DNA of 64,000 bases from Phoronis australis (lineage: Eukaryota; Animalia; Phoronida): NCBI GenBank assembly GCA_002633005.1, contig NMRA01000102.1, positions 337,477 through 401,476 on the forward strand, written 5' to 3'. The translations under genes and the position numbers were made by a program. Positions 12,657 through 27,600 of this stretch are shown here, in pieces; within the stretch, counting starts at the first letter, position 1; every line of letters begins with the position of its first letter. The notes below the pieces were generated by a model. That model ran no database searches and was not told the DNA's origin. It saw nothing but the letters and a program-made list of their open reading frames with translations.

Positions 12657-15600
12657 CTGGAAAATCAGAACACAAGTAATTTTTATCCAACTTTTTCTGT
12701 GTTGCGGATTCACTGCAGACTTCCAACAACATGCCAGGGGACTTTTAAGAAAAAAATTGATCAACGCCTTTTTAAACGCACAAAGTGTTTTTGTATCCTA
12801 GCGTTGGGCAAATGATAGTTACAGCCAAACCATTTTAAACGGTGCCTGGATGCAACAATAGCCTTCCAAGCACATTCTGGTGGTTAGTGGAGTTGTATAA
12901 ACTGGTGTAACCATCAAATTGCAACAGTTCGTATAAACCCTTGAAACACTGTCAGCATTTGACAAATAACCTGCACTGATGCAAAGAAATGATGAATTTA
13001 AATTGCATGAGCAAATACAGTTTCCACATGAACTTCACAATATCATTAACAGATGACAATAAGACAACTGGTGCATCAAGCTGCCTCAGCTCTCCCAGCT
13101 CTCCCGCAAGATTTTGAGCACTTGTACACACCATCTCTACACCTACATTTGTTTTAATTATATCACGACATTTTGTCCTTCAAAAGTCTGCGCAATCTGT
13201 CACAGTTTGAGGCTTGTGACAGTTTGTGCAACAAAACAAATAACAAGAGCGCTCGGAGGAGCGACACTTGGACAAATTACGCGAAAACAGGATGATGGGG
13301 AGGACGACGACAACGACGATCATGACGACTAGCGAGAAATGAAAAACATCTTATGAAAGCCCGTTTAAAACTCTATCGAACTGTACAGATTTCTGATTGG
13401 TTAATATACATGGCAAGAAAATCCCAGCACACAAAACTATTTGCAAAAAACGCCAAATTTGACAATTTTCTCCCTAAAATAACCACTTCCCTGCAAGTGC
13501 TAGAAAAAGTCTGACTACAGATTCAGAATGCTCGTCCTCACTAACTATGTAGTCATAGTAAGCCTCTTACCAACTACTTTTTTGGCAAATTTGATCTGTC
13601 TGACAGCCACCTGAAATCGCACCCGCTTTCTCGGACAGGGGTTGATAGCAAATGACAGCCACCAGTTTGCATCAAAAGTAGGTAAAACTTGGCTTTTTTC
13701 ATTCAAAAACACAAGTAAATAAATTTCTTGGCAATTGCTGTCAACAATTTCCTCAAATCACCTGCCAAACCTGACACACGCCCTCAACATAAATTCTAGG
13801 GACTAGAAAATGCTCCGTGGCCACGGCCTGACTGTTCAGGTTCAGTGCTACCTACAGTCTTGAGTGACAATAAGCAAAATTAACGACGATGATTGTGATG
13901 ATGAAGGTGGCGATGATGAACAACATCATAACATTCATACGACTAACTTAGGTGTCATAAATTAGTAAGAAATAAGCTAGTCTTGTTCAAATAAACTAAA
14001 CCAAAAATCAATGCAGTAAGAGCACTCAACAAAGGAACAGCGCTATCAGAAAATTTCAAATAATTAAAAAAGTAGACGTTCTAGCGAAAAATGAAAAACT
14101 TCTTCTGAAAGCCCGTTCCAAACTCTATCTAAATTGATAGTTTCCATAATTTTTTCGAAAAACTGAAATTTTGTGGGTTTTTTTGAAATTCAAAGTCAAA
14201 TAACTCGAAAACAGTAAGTCTGAGAAAAACGATATCGCAGAACTTTTGAAAGAGCATACTTCAAGGAATCCACATGCAAAAATTCACGTCATTTGCTCTT
14301 CCCGTTAAAAATGTGACCGTAGAGCGATTGAAAACGGGTGAAAATGCACCAGAGCCTCCATTTTGAAAGTGACTTCCGGTTAAACAAAATTTTATGAAAG
14401 TCAATAAACAGCAACAAACAAGTGACCAGTTTGAAAATGATTAGTTCGCCAATGCGCCCTCTACAGGAAAAAAAACGTTTTCGGCCAGCTATCGAGGTGC
14501 GCATGCGCCACTGCCGATATTTCCACCGTCTTTGACCAGAACTTAAAGATTTACGGCGCAGTTGTAGTGCTTGTGTGCTATAATAATCGTAACAATGTTC
14601 AGCCCTGCACGTTGAAAGATGTGACCTCTATGAGCAATGTCTTCATGGTCTTGTTCAATAGAAGCTAAACCAACCTCAGTGCAGCAAGAGCTGTCAACAA
14701 AGGAACAGCGCTAGCAGAAAATCTCAAATAATTCAAAAAGTAGACGTCGTAGCGAAAAATGGAAATCTTCTGAAAGCAAGTCCAAAAATTCTATCTAAAT
14801 TGATTAGTTTTGCAACATTCCATAAATTTTGCGAAAAAATTGAAATTTTGTGTTTTTTGAAATTCTAAGTCAAATAACTCGAAAACGGTAAGTCCGAGAA
14901 AACTGTTATCGCAGAACTTTTGAAAGAGCATACTTCAAGGAATACACATGCAAAAATTCATGTCATTTGCTCTTCCCGTTAAAAAGGCGACAGCAGAACG
15001 ACTGAAAATGGGTGAAAATGCACCAGAGCCGCCATCTTGAAAGTGACTTTCGGTTAAACAAAATTTTACAAAAGCTGATCAATAGCAACAAATACGTGAT
15101 CACTTTGAAAGTGATTGATTCGCCAATGCGCCCTCTACAGGAGAAAACGTTGTTGGCCAGATATCGAGGTGCGCATGCGCCATTGTCAATATTTCCGCCA
15201 TCTTTATCCGGAAGTCAGTGTTTTTCAGTACAGTTGTAGCACGTGTTCTACAATAATCGTACCAAGTTTCAGCTCTGTACGNCAGATTCAGAATGCTCGT
15301 CCTCACTAACTATGTAGTCATAGTAAGCCTCTTACCAACTACTTTTTTGGCAAATTTGATCTGTCTGACAGCCACCTGAAATCGCACCCGCTTTCTCGGA
15401 CAGGGGTTGATAGCAAATGACAGCCACCAGTTTGCATCAAAAGTAGGTAAAACTTGGCTTTTTTCATTCAAAAACACAAGTAAATAAATTTCTTGGCAAT
15501 TGCTGTCAACAATTTCCTCAAATCACCTGCCAAACCTGACACACGCCCTCAACATAAATTCTAGGGACTAGAAAATGCTCCGTGGCCACGGCCTGACTGT

Positions 15601-18600
15601 TCAGGTTCAGTGCTACCTACAATCTTGAGCGACAATAGGCAAAATTAACGACGATGATTGTGATGATGAAGGTGGCGATGATGAACAACATCATAACATT
15701 CATACGACTAACTTAGATGTCATAAATTAGTAAGAAATAAGCTACAGTCTTGTTCAAAAGAAGCTAAACCAACATCAGTGCAGTAAGAGCTGTCAACAAA
15801 GGAACAGCGCTAGCAGAAAATCTCAAATAATTCAAAAAGTAGACGTCGTAGCGAAAAATGGAAATCTTCTGAAAGCAAGTCCAAAAATTCTATCTAAATT
15901 GATTAGTTTTGCAACGTTCCATAAATTTTGCGAAAAAATTGAAATTTTGTGTTTTTTGAAATTCTAAGTCAAATAACTCGAAACGGTAAGTCCGCCACGT
16001 CCGCCATTTTGAATTCAACCATGACCAAAAACAATAGGCTTCCAGGACTTTCCAATCTACACGTCGTGTGCAAATTTCGTGAAAATCGGAGGAAAATTGC
16101 GACCTGTAGAGTGCGAACAAAAAAAAAAAAAAACTTGATGTCAGACCAGCATACTTTGGCGAAAGTAAAAATTGTTGCAATGAAATCTTTTGACAGCTTG
16201 CTCTTCAACAATTTGCACAAACTATTGCAATTTGAAGACTGACTGTACTTTGGAAGCAAGTTTTCCGATATGCAAAATTGACTAAATACACGACACTTAT
16301 CGTTATTAACAGTCTTTATTCCGTTTTGTTCGTATCCTCAGATGAATTACCAATGAAAACTTGCAAAACACAGAACTAGTGAGCTGACTTACATCTCGTT
16401 TTGAGACTGGCTTCAAGAACAGCCAGGAGTCTTCGTGGTCTACAATCTCGTAAACCAATTTCTCCATCATCTTCATGGAATGGCTAGTGTCACTGCCTCG
16501 GCTTTTTGTCGTCTGCTTCGCTTCAGCTTCTGATAACAACAGGATAGCACCAAATAACAATGAGTTAACTGGCAAAATACTCAACGTTATACAGAGTAAC
16601 ATCAGGTTAATATATACATCAAAGGTGAAGAATATTGCCAGACAAAAGAATAAGGGTAATATTGTTCTCACGAAGTCTATATCACCTGATATGCCTGAAG
16701 GGTCGGTCTATATTTGTTTTATCACACTACCACAAATGCTTCTTTCCGGTGATTTTTTGTCTTAGATAAACGTGTTCTTACAAGATTAGAGGAACTGTCA
16801 TTGTCTGCTCTCCTTGTTGTCAGGCTTTATGGATTTTATAGCGCCTGATTGGTCAGATTGTGACTAACAGCATCTGATGTCAAGGCGGCATAAATGAGAA
16901 AGTGGTACACCATGCCTGACTTGGAAATATTTCTGATAATTGGAAGTTGCCATAGAGTGTTTCAGCCAATCAGCGGACTATGCTGGTTTTCCACGTGCCT
17001 GGGCTACACAGTTCCACGTTTACTCAGTTGAGAAACTCACAAGTGGTCTATTGTCAGCAAGCTGCAAAACGGCTCAGTACAAGGGGTGATACAGAAGGGC
17101 TCAGTGCAAGGGGTGATTCAGAAGGGCTCAGTACAAGGGGTGATTCAGAAGGGCTCAGTACATGGGTTGCAGAAGGGCTCTACAGCACAAGGGGTGATTC
17201 CAAACTATTTATTCCATGTATCTGCAGAAGCAGGCTAAAAGTATGAACTGCTATCTGATAAATTTGGACAACACAGTGTTAAAGGTGAGGGAAATCCAAG
17301 ATCAATTTGTCTGATTATTTTCTCTATTTCTGACACATTCTGGGGAGGCAACTACCGCCTCTTCAAAAACTGCCTAATTAAAACTTTCCAGCAAATATTT
17401 AATGAAGCTATCTATGACTGGTAACAAGGGCCCTCTTGGAAAGCAGTGCTATCACTGAAGAGGCCACCCTCATTTTAAATATCACAATAATAAATAAATA
17501 AACAAGAGGGTAACTGGAACACTGGTCGGTCTAATGAAGTTATCTATGACTGGTAACAAGGGTGTTACTGGAACACTGGTCGGTCTAATGAAGTTATCTG
17601 TGACTGGTAACAAGGGTGTTACTGGAACACTGGTCGGTCTAATGAAATTATCTATGACTGGTAACAAGGGTGTTACTGGAACACTGGTCGGTCTAATGAA
17701 GTTATCTATGACTGGTAACAAGAGTGTTACTGGAACACTGGAAGATACAAATTCCTTGATTGAAATTTGTGTATAACCATTACAATTGACAACAAAATGA
17801 TGAAAACCCTAATGATGCTCAACTAGGATACCCTAAAATGAAAATGTTAACTACAAAAAGGACAGTAATAGCCTCTTGCAGGGGTACTGCATTATGAGAA
17901 CCAGTTTGTTTCACTGAATAATAGGCATCAAAATGGTTCTCTAAATCCAGGACCCCTGTGAATGTTGCCCAAAGAACAACACAATTCACATACCATCATC
18001 TGAGCTGTGACCTCTTTTTCCAGCACGGCTATTTGGTCGTGAAGTACTTGGTTCAATACTTTGACGTTTGCTGGCAGCTCGACTGCTAGGTCGAGAGGTG
18101 CTAAGTTCAGTAGTCTGGCGTTTATTTGCAGCCTGGCTGTTTGAGCGAGTTGTGTTAACAGGACTGCTTTTAGATCGAGATGAGCTGCGAACAGAATTTG
18201 GAGTGGAGCGTCCCGACTTTGGCAAAAGTTTGTCCCGCATTCCTAATGTGCATAAAAAGACATGATAAAGTATAAAACATAAGGGCAAAAGAAGGTCTTC
18301 AAGCTTCCAGCAGATTATTTGGATGTTTAGGGACATTGTATCTGGCACTGTTATGCTGCCATTTGGACCCACACATAGGAATAGAGCACAGTCACATCAT
18401 GTTTGTAGGCCTTGTATTCTGATGCAGGTAACAGCGAGGACAATTTAGACCTTGATAATTTCTAAAATTATGTGTTTGGATTAATTGGTGTGTTCGAACA
18501 AGAGTTACACCCACTGTATGCTATCGAGAAGTTGAGAACTAAGATTGACAAAGTCCATAAACAGGTAATAATTTTCAAAGTGCTTAGTAATTCACAACGC

Positions 18601-21600
18601 TACATAAATGTGGCATAATTAGTATTACTGTTTTAAACTTTGGCATTTTGATTTTATTTGACCACGTGTTATACATCAAAAGTATCTCATACTAAACAAG
18701 AAAATAAGTCTATGTTAAGCTCAATATTGTTATTCATCATTCTCAATATTGTTATTCATCATTCTCAATATTGTTATTCATCATTCTCAATATTGTTATT
18801 CATCATTCTCAATATTGTTATTCATCATTCTCAATATGACCACAAACTTAAGGTATGTACATTGTGTTGCTGTAATATCAATTATACAATAAATTTTCTG
18901 GAGAAAAAAAGAGAAACACATCGAAAAAGACAACTTGCCTTTCAAACTGATTTTCGTAGGTTTTGGTGACTCTTCTCGATCCACTTCAGAATCTTCTTCC
19001 TCATTCTCTTCCGAGTCATCATTTTCAGAGCTATCAAACAAACACAAGTGATGTCAGGTTTTAGGGTCACACCCATAGAGACATGACCATTAAATCTATA
19101 CAATTGATTAAATTTCCGAGTCCAGGTATTACAGAGGCTTGCAGGCTTACTGATATCAAATACTAACATCTATATAACAAGACATCATGAACATCTACTT
19201 CGTTTTTTATCCATTTAATCTCTTGTTTTAGAAGGTGATGGGACTAATGTTCTTAACTAATGTTTTATTCATTACCTGTCTTCACTCTCATCATCATCAT
19301 CTTCTTCTTCACAACTTTCTTCATCTTCATCCTCATCCTCATCACTTGAGTCATCCAAGTTGTCTGCGAACGACTTGCGTTTTTTCCTGGGACTCGCTTT
19401 ACGAGTCTCCTTAGGTCGGCACTCTGGACAGTACCATTCACCTTGAGGTATTTTCTACCAATTAAGGGAGCAAGTAAATGCTAACAGCTGCAACATCATT
19501 TTGGCACCAGCTTCACTTAAAGTCCTGTCTACACTTAAAGTCGAATTTGAAGGCTAATTCCTTATCTCTGCAATTGTTTGGTCAAATTACTTTGAAACAC
19601 AACACATAGCGATGATGTGAATATGAAGTAGGTTGAAAATTGCCAAATGTTTTTAAGAACGAGTTTTGCGTTGAAAATGGTTCGCTGTAAATCACTCAAC
19701 CGTATCTAGTAAGTATCGTGACGTGGTGTTGGTGAACAACACTGCATTATGTGGGTTATGTGAGCCCCCAACGTACGTAATTAGTGCAAAGGTCACCTAT
19801 TTGCAGAATTTTTTGTTTCCACATTTACAAGTTGTCAATGAATACAACTTCCCTTAGATGATGTTCAAATAGCATTGTCATTTAGTTCCAGCTATACATT
19901 AGCATAGTTAGGAGCATGCAAATACATCTTTAAAGTCATAATATTTGCAACATCATTTTGACACCAGATACACTTAAAGTCCTGTCTTCAAACAAAATTT
20001 TGTTTTTTAGATGCATTGGGCTGCCATAAGCAATATTAGAAAACAAAATTTAAAAACTTGAACGTAGGTTCATCAAATGATAAGTGACAGGCTAGATGTA
20101 AACACTTTCAATACTATCTACACAAATACCTTGACAGGAGGTTTGAGACAGAACATGTGGTGCCCTCTATCACAGCCATCACATAGCAACATCTGGTCAG
20201 CATAGCTCTGTCGTTTGCAGATTTTACACCTGGCGTTGAGTACAGACTTGGACCAGATGATGCTGGTGTCCAGTGTAGACAGGTGAAGGAACACCTGCGA
20301 AAGGCTGGTACACTTCATCAGTGATTCCTCCCAACGCTCCAGTACCGTCTTAGAGGGACGAGCGGGCACCTCTTTGTCACCTGTAAAGTTTTAAAAAGGT
20401 AACATGGAGTTATGTAGTCCAGGTATATATATTAGTACAACATTGACAGAGCTGACGAGTTATGATTAGAACTTCAGTCACAAATTTGTCACAAAATGAT
20501 TAGTGGGACATTCTTTCACCTTTATCCTGCTCAACATGGTCATACACAATTTTGATCGACACTTTAAAAAATATTCACCCAAAACACACCATCATTGCTT
20601 TAGTACAAATACCAATATTTACGGCAAACAAACATGCGTTCTTCAAAAAACTGTTTAGGTATCAGCACAGAGTTCATGGGTATACAATCATACCTTAGTT
20701 ACTAGAGAATGAGATACATACACAAAACGTACCGAGAGTGGCGTAGATGAAGTAATATCCCACAAGACATTATTCCACGTATCGACCTTGACCTTAGGTC
20801 TCAGTCGATACTCAGAATAAGATGGAGAGGGGCATTACTTCATCTCTGCCACACAACGTCTGGATCACATCCTATATGTATGTACTTGCGCATTAGCTTA
20901 CAAGTTTTCTTTAGTAAAAGAAACAGTTTTAATGTAACGATTTCTTACTTGAAAACAGATAACAAAGACGAAAGCAATGGTAATTGTGCATTGAACTTGT
21001 AAAATTTCCTGAAAATAGTTAAATACAGTTGATATTGTAGTTACCGAGGAATCAGAGCATGAGATGCAGGTGATATATTTAGCAAATAAAACTGAGACAG
21101 AAGTGTCATATCATTAACAGTTTTGTACCAGATGTTATGTTTGGAACCTGATTGCATGTTGAGTGTTATTCATACTGCTGCAATTGTATTACTTTTAACT
21201 ACTTTTGGAAAGTTTGATGATCGAACTTGCTAACGGCGGCGAGTAGAAATTGACATACCTTTTGAACTTTCCATGTTAGAGGGCACTGTTGAAGTAGTGG
21301 GGGAGGTGAATACGGAAAACAATATCACATGGCCGTATTGCACTCGACTGATTCACCGCGTATGGGATAAAATAAGTTCAAACCAACCTTATGAGAACTC
21401 TTAATCAAAGCTGAACACAAATCACACTCGTATTTTATAGTAAAGTTAAACAAAACACTGATTAAGTAATGACTATTACCCTGGGACATCCCACTTCACA
21501 AAATGGCCAGTGTCGAATGTCATGACTTAATTTTGCAACCCTCACAAAAAAGTCTTGAAATAAGGCAAGCTAGCACTTCTTATTTTCTATAGTTACACAG

Positions 21601-24600
21601 TGGTCTGAATGGAACTCGTGTATATTTTTGGCTTTAAGGAACATAATCAATTTTAAAACTGAACAATGCACTTTTAGGATTATTGTTGTGTAAGATAGAC
21701 TTCTTGAACTTATTACACTTGACCAGAACAGCAAAATCTGTTGTGTTTTTGTTATTTTATCAGAGATCGCCAGTTTCAGACATCTCCTAACCATTCTGTA
21801 GAATTCACTAAAATCAAGGCTGGTCTCATCACTGCTGAGAATACTCGACTGTGTGCCACAATGAATTTTAGCTCTTTTAGTAAAGTGTTGGACTGCGACC
21901 GCTGAAGTCAAGGGTTTGAATCTGTGTTGAAGCTGACCTCATATACACAACATTGCAGCCTCACTTCAGTAACTTCTGAAACTTACTTTGCAGTTAGTCC
22001 TGTTTGACCCCCTCAACATTGAATTGAACTAAGTTTTACAAGCACTGCAGAACCACTGTAAACAGTTACACAGTCATGTTGCATGGCGTTAAACTCAGTG
22101 TTTCAAATTCTGAAAACTAAATCAAACAAAAGCTCCCTTTTTAACAAAGGTACAGTCCTTATGAACTTGACCTAACCTTTATCTTCCGGCTTCTCCTCGT
22201 CTTCCTCTTCCTTGGGCTTTTTGCTAGACTTCTTAGAGTCATGGTCTTTCTTGTCTGCTTTCACTGTAGCCTTTTGACGAGCTTTTTTAACAGTCTCAGT
22301 CTCTCCTGAAATGAAAATGACCCTGCATCATGTGAGCTGAACCAATGAGAGTGAACCTGCATCATGTGAGCTGAACCAATAAGAGTGAACCTGCATCACG
22401 TGAGCTGAACCAATGAGAGTGAACCTGCATCATGTGAGCTGAACCAATGAGAGTGAACCTGCATAATGTGAGCTGAACCAATGAGAGTGAACCTGCATCA
22501 TGTGAGGTGAACCCGGTACAGAATGATTGATACAGATAACATTCCACAGTTGACACCATTTTTCTACATCTAAACACTCATCATTCCTTACTGTACCTAA
22601 TGTGCAGCCATTGCTGTGTCATTATTAACTCCTTTCCGCTAGATGTAGTTGGACGGTGGTCTGCACTCTTGCAGTGAGATATCACAGTATTTTTTATTAA
22701 GTCTTGCATGCTGCTCAAATTGTTGTGCAGTGGGATAATCCAACAATTCACACAAAAATGTTTCAAGTCAAAACACGTCTGTGAATGACAGAAACTGCCT
22801 TTCATCCGTGTCAACCTGAACGTCTTGCACAACAAAATTAGACAATGGCTCAAGCCAACACACAGGTTCATGCACTCACTGTATATTCTATGCATAATTA
22901 ATTGTGCTTAAGGTTGCAGACTGCATCCCAGTTGGCTGAGTTCAATGATGGCAGCCGCCTGCTCGAAGCCGGTATTATTTATGGCCATGCTGCGAAGAGT
23001 CACAAGAAGGGCCGTGCCCGAGTGCTGTCTAATCAAATGCTTACAGGCAACGTCGGCCCTGGAGTTCTGCGCCTTCTGCTGTCACGGGGATGGTCTGGGG
23101 AGGGGATTAATGCACCAGCATATCCCCAATGATCCTGTCCGTGACAGGTATTACAGGTATTACCTTTTAACTCACCAGTGATTATTAGGGCTTTTAAAAT
23201 CCAGTTTACGCCACTTTTAAACCTCCGATTATTTCTCAAATGATGATATTTTCATAATATATCTACACAAATACGCTATATGCAAATGGCAAATATCCTT
23301 AGATTGCCTGGTATGATCATTACTTATATTTCCACATATAACCGTTTTATGGCCCAGTTTAAAACATTCTTAACAGCTCTGTATACCACAATCACAAACC
23401 TCAATTTTCCTCAAAAAATAATTACCAAAGATTGTTGATTTTCAAAAATCGTGTCAAATTGTTAAAATTGATCCAAAATTTGAGGTTTGGGTTTTCAAAA
23501 ATTTAGCACCAGCTGATATGTACATATCAATAGGCTAAAACACGACTTTGTGTTTCTTTAAGACGTAGTGAGCCTTACCCAGAGGTGTACTAAGGAACCT
23601 CGGCTCAATCCCCTGCTGAATCTGTAGTAGTGCTCTGGACAGATCCTTCACCAGTTGACTTAGTTCTTCATCCTCTGTCTCCAACTCTTCATCATCGGCA
23701 CTGCAATAAACAAAATGAAAGTCCTGTTGCCTGTCGCCACCTCTGCAGGGTCGTGACCACCACATGACTCAAGACTCAAGTCAAAAATTGACCAATCACA
23801 TCACCCAAAATTAAAAATTTCCCCCAAGCATGCCAAAATTGACCAATCACATCACCCAAAATTAAACATTTCAACCAAGCATGCCAAAATTGACAAATCA
23901 CATCACCCAAAATTGAACATTTCCTCCAAGCATGCCACAATTGTCCAATCACATCACCCAAAATTAAACATTTCAACCAAGCATGCCAAAATTGACCAAT
24001 CACATCAACCAAAATTAAACATTTCAACCAAGCATGCCAAAATTGACAAATCACATCATCCAACCATGCCAAAATTGTCCAATCACATCACCCAAAATTA
24101 AACATTTACCCCAAGCATGCCAAAACTGATCAATCACATCACCCAAAATTAAACATTTACCCCAAGCATGCCAAAATTGACCAATCACATCACCCAAAAT
24201 TAAACATTTCCCCCAAGCATACCAAGTGATTCATTGATTAACAAATGGAGTCATGGCTCCACTGATGTGGTTCAGCAAAGTAACAAAAGCAGGTGAGCTT
24301 GCATTAACATCTCTCATTGTGACAGCCTCATTTTTGCTACAAAAATATCTTTTTTGATGTAAACTGAAAAAGCATTTTGTCCAATTGTAAAAAAACATTT
24401 TGAACCACTTATTCTATAATCCATCATAGAAGGAAAAATTTATTTTAGCTTTATTTAGTCATCAACAGATTTGAGACATTTTGGATATTATTTGACGCCC
24501 GATTTAATGCAAAGCATCCTTGATGAATTATTTAAGGTCATCACATATCAGTTAAAATACATTCCAAACCAACAGAATTCAATTGTCTGCAGTGACAAAC

Positions 24601-27600
24601 TATTTCATCGTTTTTCAGCAAGACCAACAATCCACATTTTACGAAACATCACTATGTGATTTGTTTGACCAATCATAAGTTGAGAGAATTCTGTTTGACC
24701 AATCATAAGTTGAAAGAATTCTGTTTGACCAATCATAAGTTGACAGAATTGTGTTTGACCAATCATAAGTTGACAGAATTATGTTTGACCAATCATAAGT
24801 TGAAAGAATTCTGTTTGACCAATCATAAGTTGACACAATTATGTTTGACCAATCATAAGTTGAAAGAATACTGTTTGACTAAACATGAGTTTGACATCAC
24901 TAATGATTACTTGTGACTGATCACAATTAAGAATGTATTCACATTGTCCAATTGTAAATAAGAATAAACCTCTCTGCATACTCCCAACTTCATCAATTTT
25001 GCAAAGAATGCAGGGCCCCCGAAGTCTCGAAATTGGGGCCAAATATCAGCCCATATGAAAAATATTTAAAAATCATGCGAAATACCCCCATCAGGCCCAA
25101 AATTTCCCATTCGATGATTAAATAAACTTCCCTCAAGCTTTTAAGCGCTTAAATATGCGTTAGTTTTGGCATACTTGAGGAATCGTCAATGTGGGGTGGT
25201 GTCTAAGTGGTGGAATTGATGGTGACCGGTGGGGGCATTATCCCTCAAAAGGAACGAGCACCGTTCCCTTCACAAGAGTGAGGGCCCTAAAAAGGCATAG
25301 TTTGAACACAACTGATTGGTGTAACCAGTAGTACCTCGTCTCCTTCACTTCCTCTGTCTGTCCACTCCACGTCAATCCATCACACTGGGCACTATAAGAA
25401 CCATTTTCAATAGCCTCTCTCCACTGAGCACGGTTCTTTACCTGAAACAAAACATGCATAAGCACAAAACGTTTAAACAAAGCACTATGGTAAATACTTG
25501 GTAAGTGGCCAGACTCATTGGTCCAGCTACTAACCTTGGTATCTGTAGAATGAGTGAAGAAGAGTTATCTTACTTCCCCTGTATGAGAGTTTAATCCAAC
25601 ACAGGTTATTTGCTTATATCCCTGTCATAGCTGGTACTAATTCGTACACCTGTGTTGACATAGAAATAAAGGTTTTAACCTATTTTATTCAATCAGACAC
25701 AACTATACGCCAATGGTGTCAGGGACCAGGAATATAATGACACCATTTTGACTGAGAGCTCACAACACTCAAAGTTGAGCCACACAGGCACTCCTCAATG
25801 CACAGACACCTGTTTGAGGAGACCATCAACCTACTTATCAGATATCTATGTTATGACAAATGCCCATGTAAACAACTGGCCTCCATATCTGTCCCTGCTC
25901 TAAGCTCAGTAGAACTAGACACAGATTATGTAAACTATGTGGATGTGACCCACAAGGAGCCCAGATCAGCTTCATGCTTTTGTTCAGCAAACTGTATACT
26001 TACTTATGCATCCACATTTACAGGAAGTTTGATCTTCTTTATGTTTACACCTCAATTAACCTTTTAGCATATTTAAATGAGGAAATAAGCCTATGCCTTC
26101 TATACAAAACAAACCTTTACTCAGTTTTGAAGTGATCTCAAATCGTTCTTCACTCAGTTTTGAAGTGATCTCAATTGTTCTTTATTCAGTTTTGAACTGA
26201 TCTCAAATTGTTCTTTACTCAGGTTAGGAGTGATTTCTGGGTTTGGGAAGACCTCACAATTGAACACTGCTTCAGACCAGAGTCAATACATTCGTTGTAT
26301 CAGATGGGTTGGGAAGACCTCACTATTGAACACTACTTCAGACTAGAGTCTTTGCATTCGTTTGATCAGATGGGTTGGGAAGACCTCACAATATTGAACA
26401 GTGCATCAGACCAGAGACTATACATTCGTGTGATCAGAAGGGTTGGGAAGACCTCACAATATTGAACACTGCATCAGACCAGAGACTATACATTCGTTTG
26501 ATCAGATGGGTTGGGAAGACCTCACTATTGAACACTACTTCAGACCAGAGTCTTTGCATTCGTTTGATCAGATGGGTTGGGAAGACCTCACTATTGAACA
26601 CTACTTCAGACCAGAGTCTTTGCATTCGTTTGATCAGATGGGTTGGGAAGACCTCACTATTGAACACTACTTCAGACCAGAGTCTTTGCATTCGTTTGAT
26701 CAGATGGGTTGGGAAGACCTCACAATATTGAACACTACTTCAGACCAGAGTCTATACATTCATTTGATCAGATGGGTTGCTTTATGAGCCAAGAATGGTA
26801 CCAAGCAATTATGATCTGTAAGTTGTAAGGGACAAGCTAAAATCAGTCTTATAACAGTAAGCTGTTTAAAACATAGTTTTTCAATTCACAACAGCTTTAT
26901 AACTAATGATTACGGTATTTGGCAGATAAAACATGCTACTATCCACAGCTCAATTGAGGTCACATAAGACTTATGAAAAATGCCCAACTACAGCAAATTT
27001 TGAAACATCATATCTCAGAAATGGTAATTTGAGGCATTCAGATACTGATTTATGCACTACTCTGTACACTGCTCTGTACACTGCTCTGTGCACTACTCTG
27101 TGCACTACTCTGTGCACTACTCTGTGCACTACTCTGTGCACTACTCTGTGCACTACTCTGTGCACTACTCTGTGCACTACTCTGTGCACTACTCTGTGCA
27201 CTACTCTGTGCACTACTCTGTGCACTACTCTGTGCACTACTCTGTACACTACTCTATATACTGATTTATGCACTGCTCTGCAACACGATGTTAAGAATTT
27301 TTTTAAATGTTCCATTTTTGAGGGGCCATCAAAACATTAGACTATTATGATGTTCATGAAAAAGGTTGCATAAAACAAAGATGAAAAGATTCAAGAAAAC
27401 TGTAGCAGCATTTTTGAGATTTCATCTTGAACATTTATATTAAACAAATTGTGCCAAGTTATTGATACTGCTGCTTAGTAATCAAGTAATGTTACTTTTC
27501 CCTACATTTTACTCAAAATACATGGATTGGCACAATTAAGGTCTTGTCAATAAAGTGCTACACAACATTGATAAGTCTCACCTTGATGGCACCCAAACTT

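Noticed and set aside
21868-21930. tRNA-like sequence (tagctcttttagtaaag...ggtttgaatct)
   Set aside because: Boxes are too degenerate; at most an old SINE head
25500-25800. Possible SINE with a conserved core (agctggtactaattcgtacacctg)
   Set aside because: Too degenerate and no second copy in the window to confirm it
26243-26780. Regularly spaced repeats (also 17505-17741, 32497-33115, 41446-42537) as CRISPR arrays
   Set aside because: Units are contiguous without unique spacers, there are no cas genes, and the context is eukaryotic introns
26933-27340. Repetitive ORFs (CTTL)n/(VVHR)n, and similar ORFs at 32483-33240, 23776-24101, 24639-24916, 35872-36177
   Set aside because: Stop-free frames of intronic minisatellites with no splice or homology support
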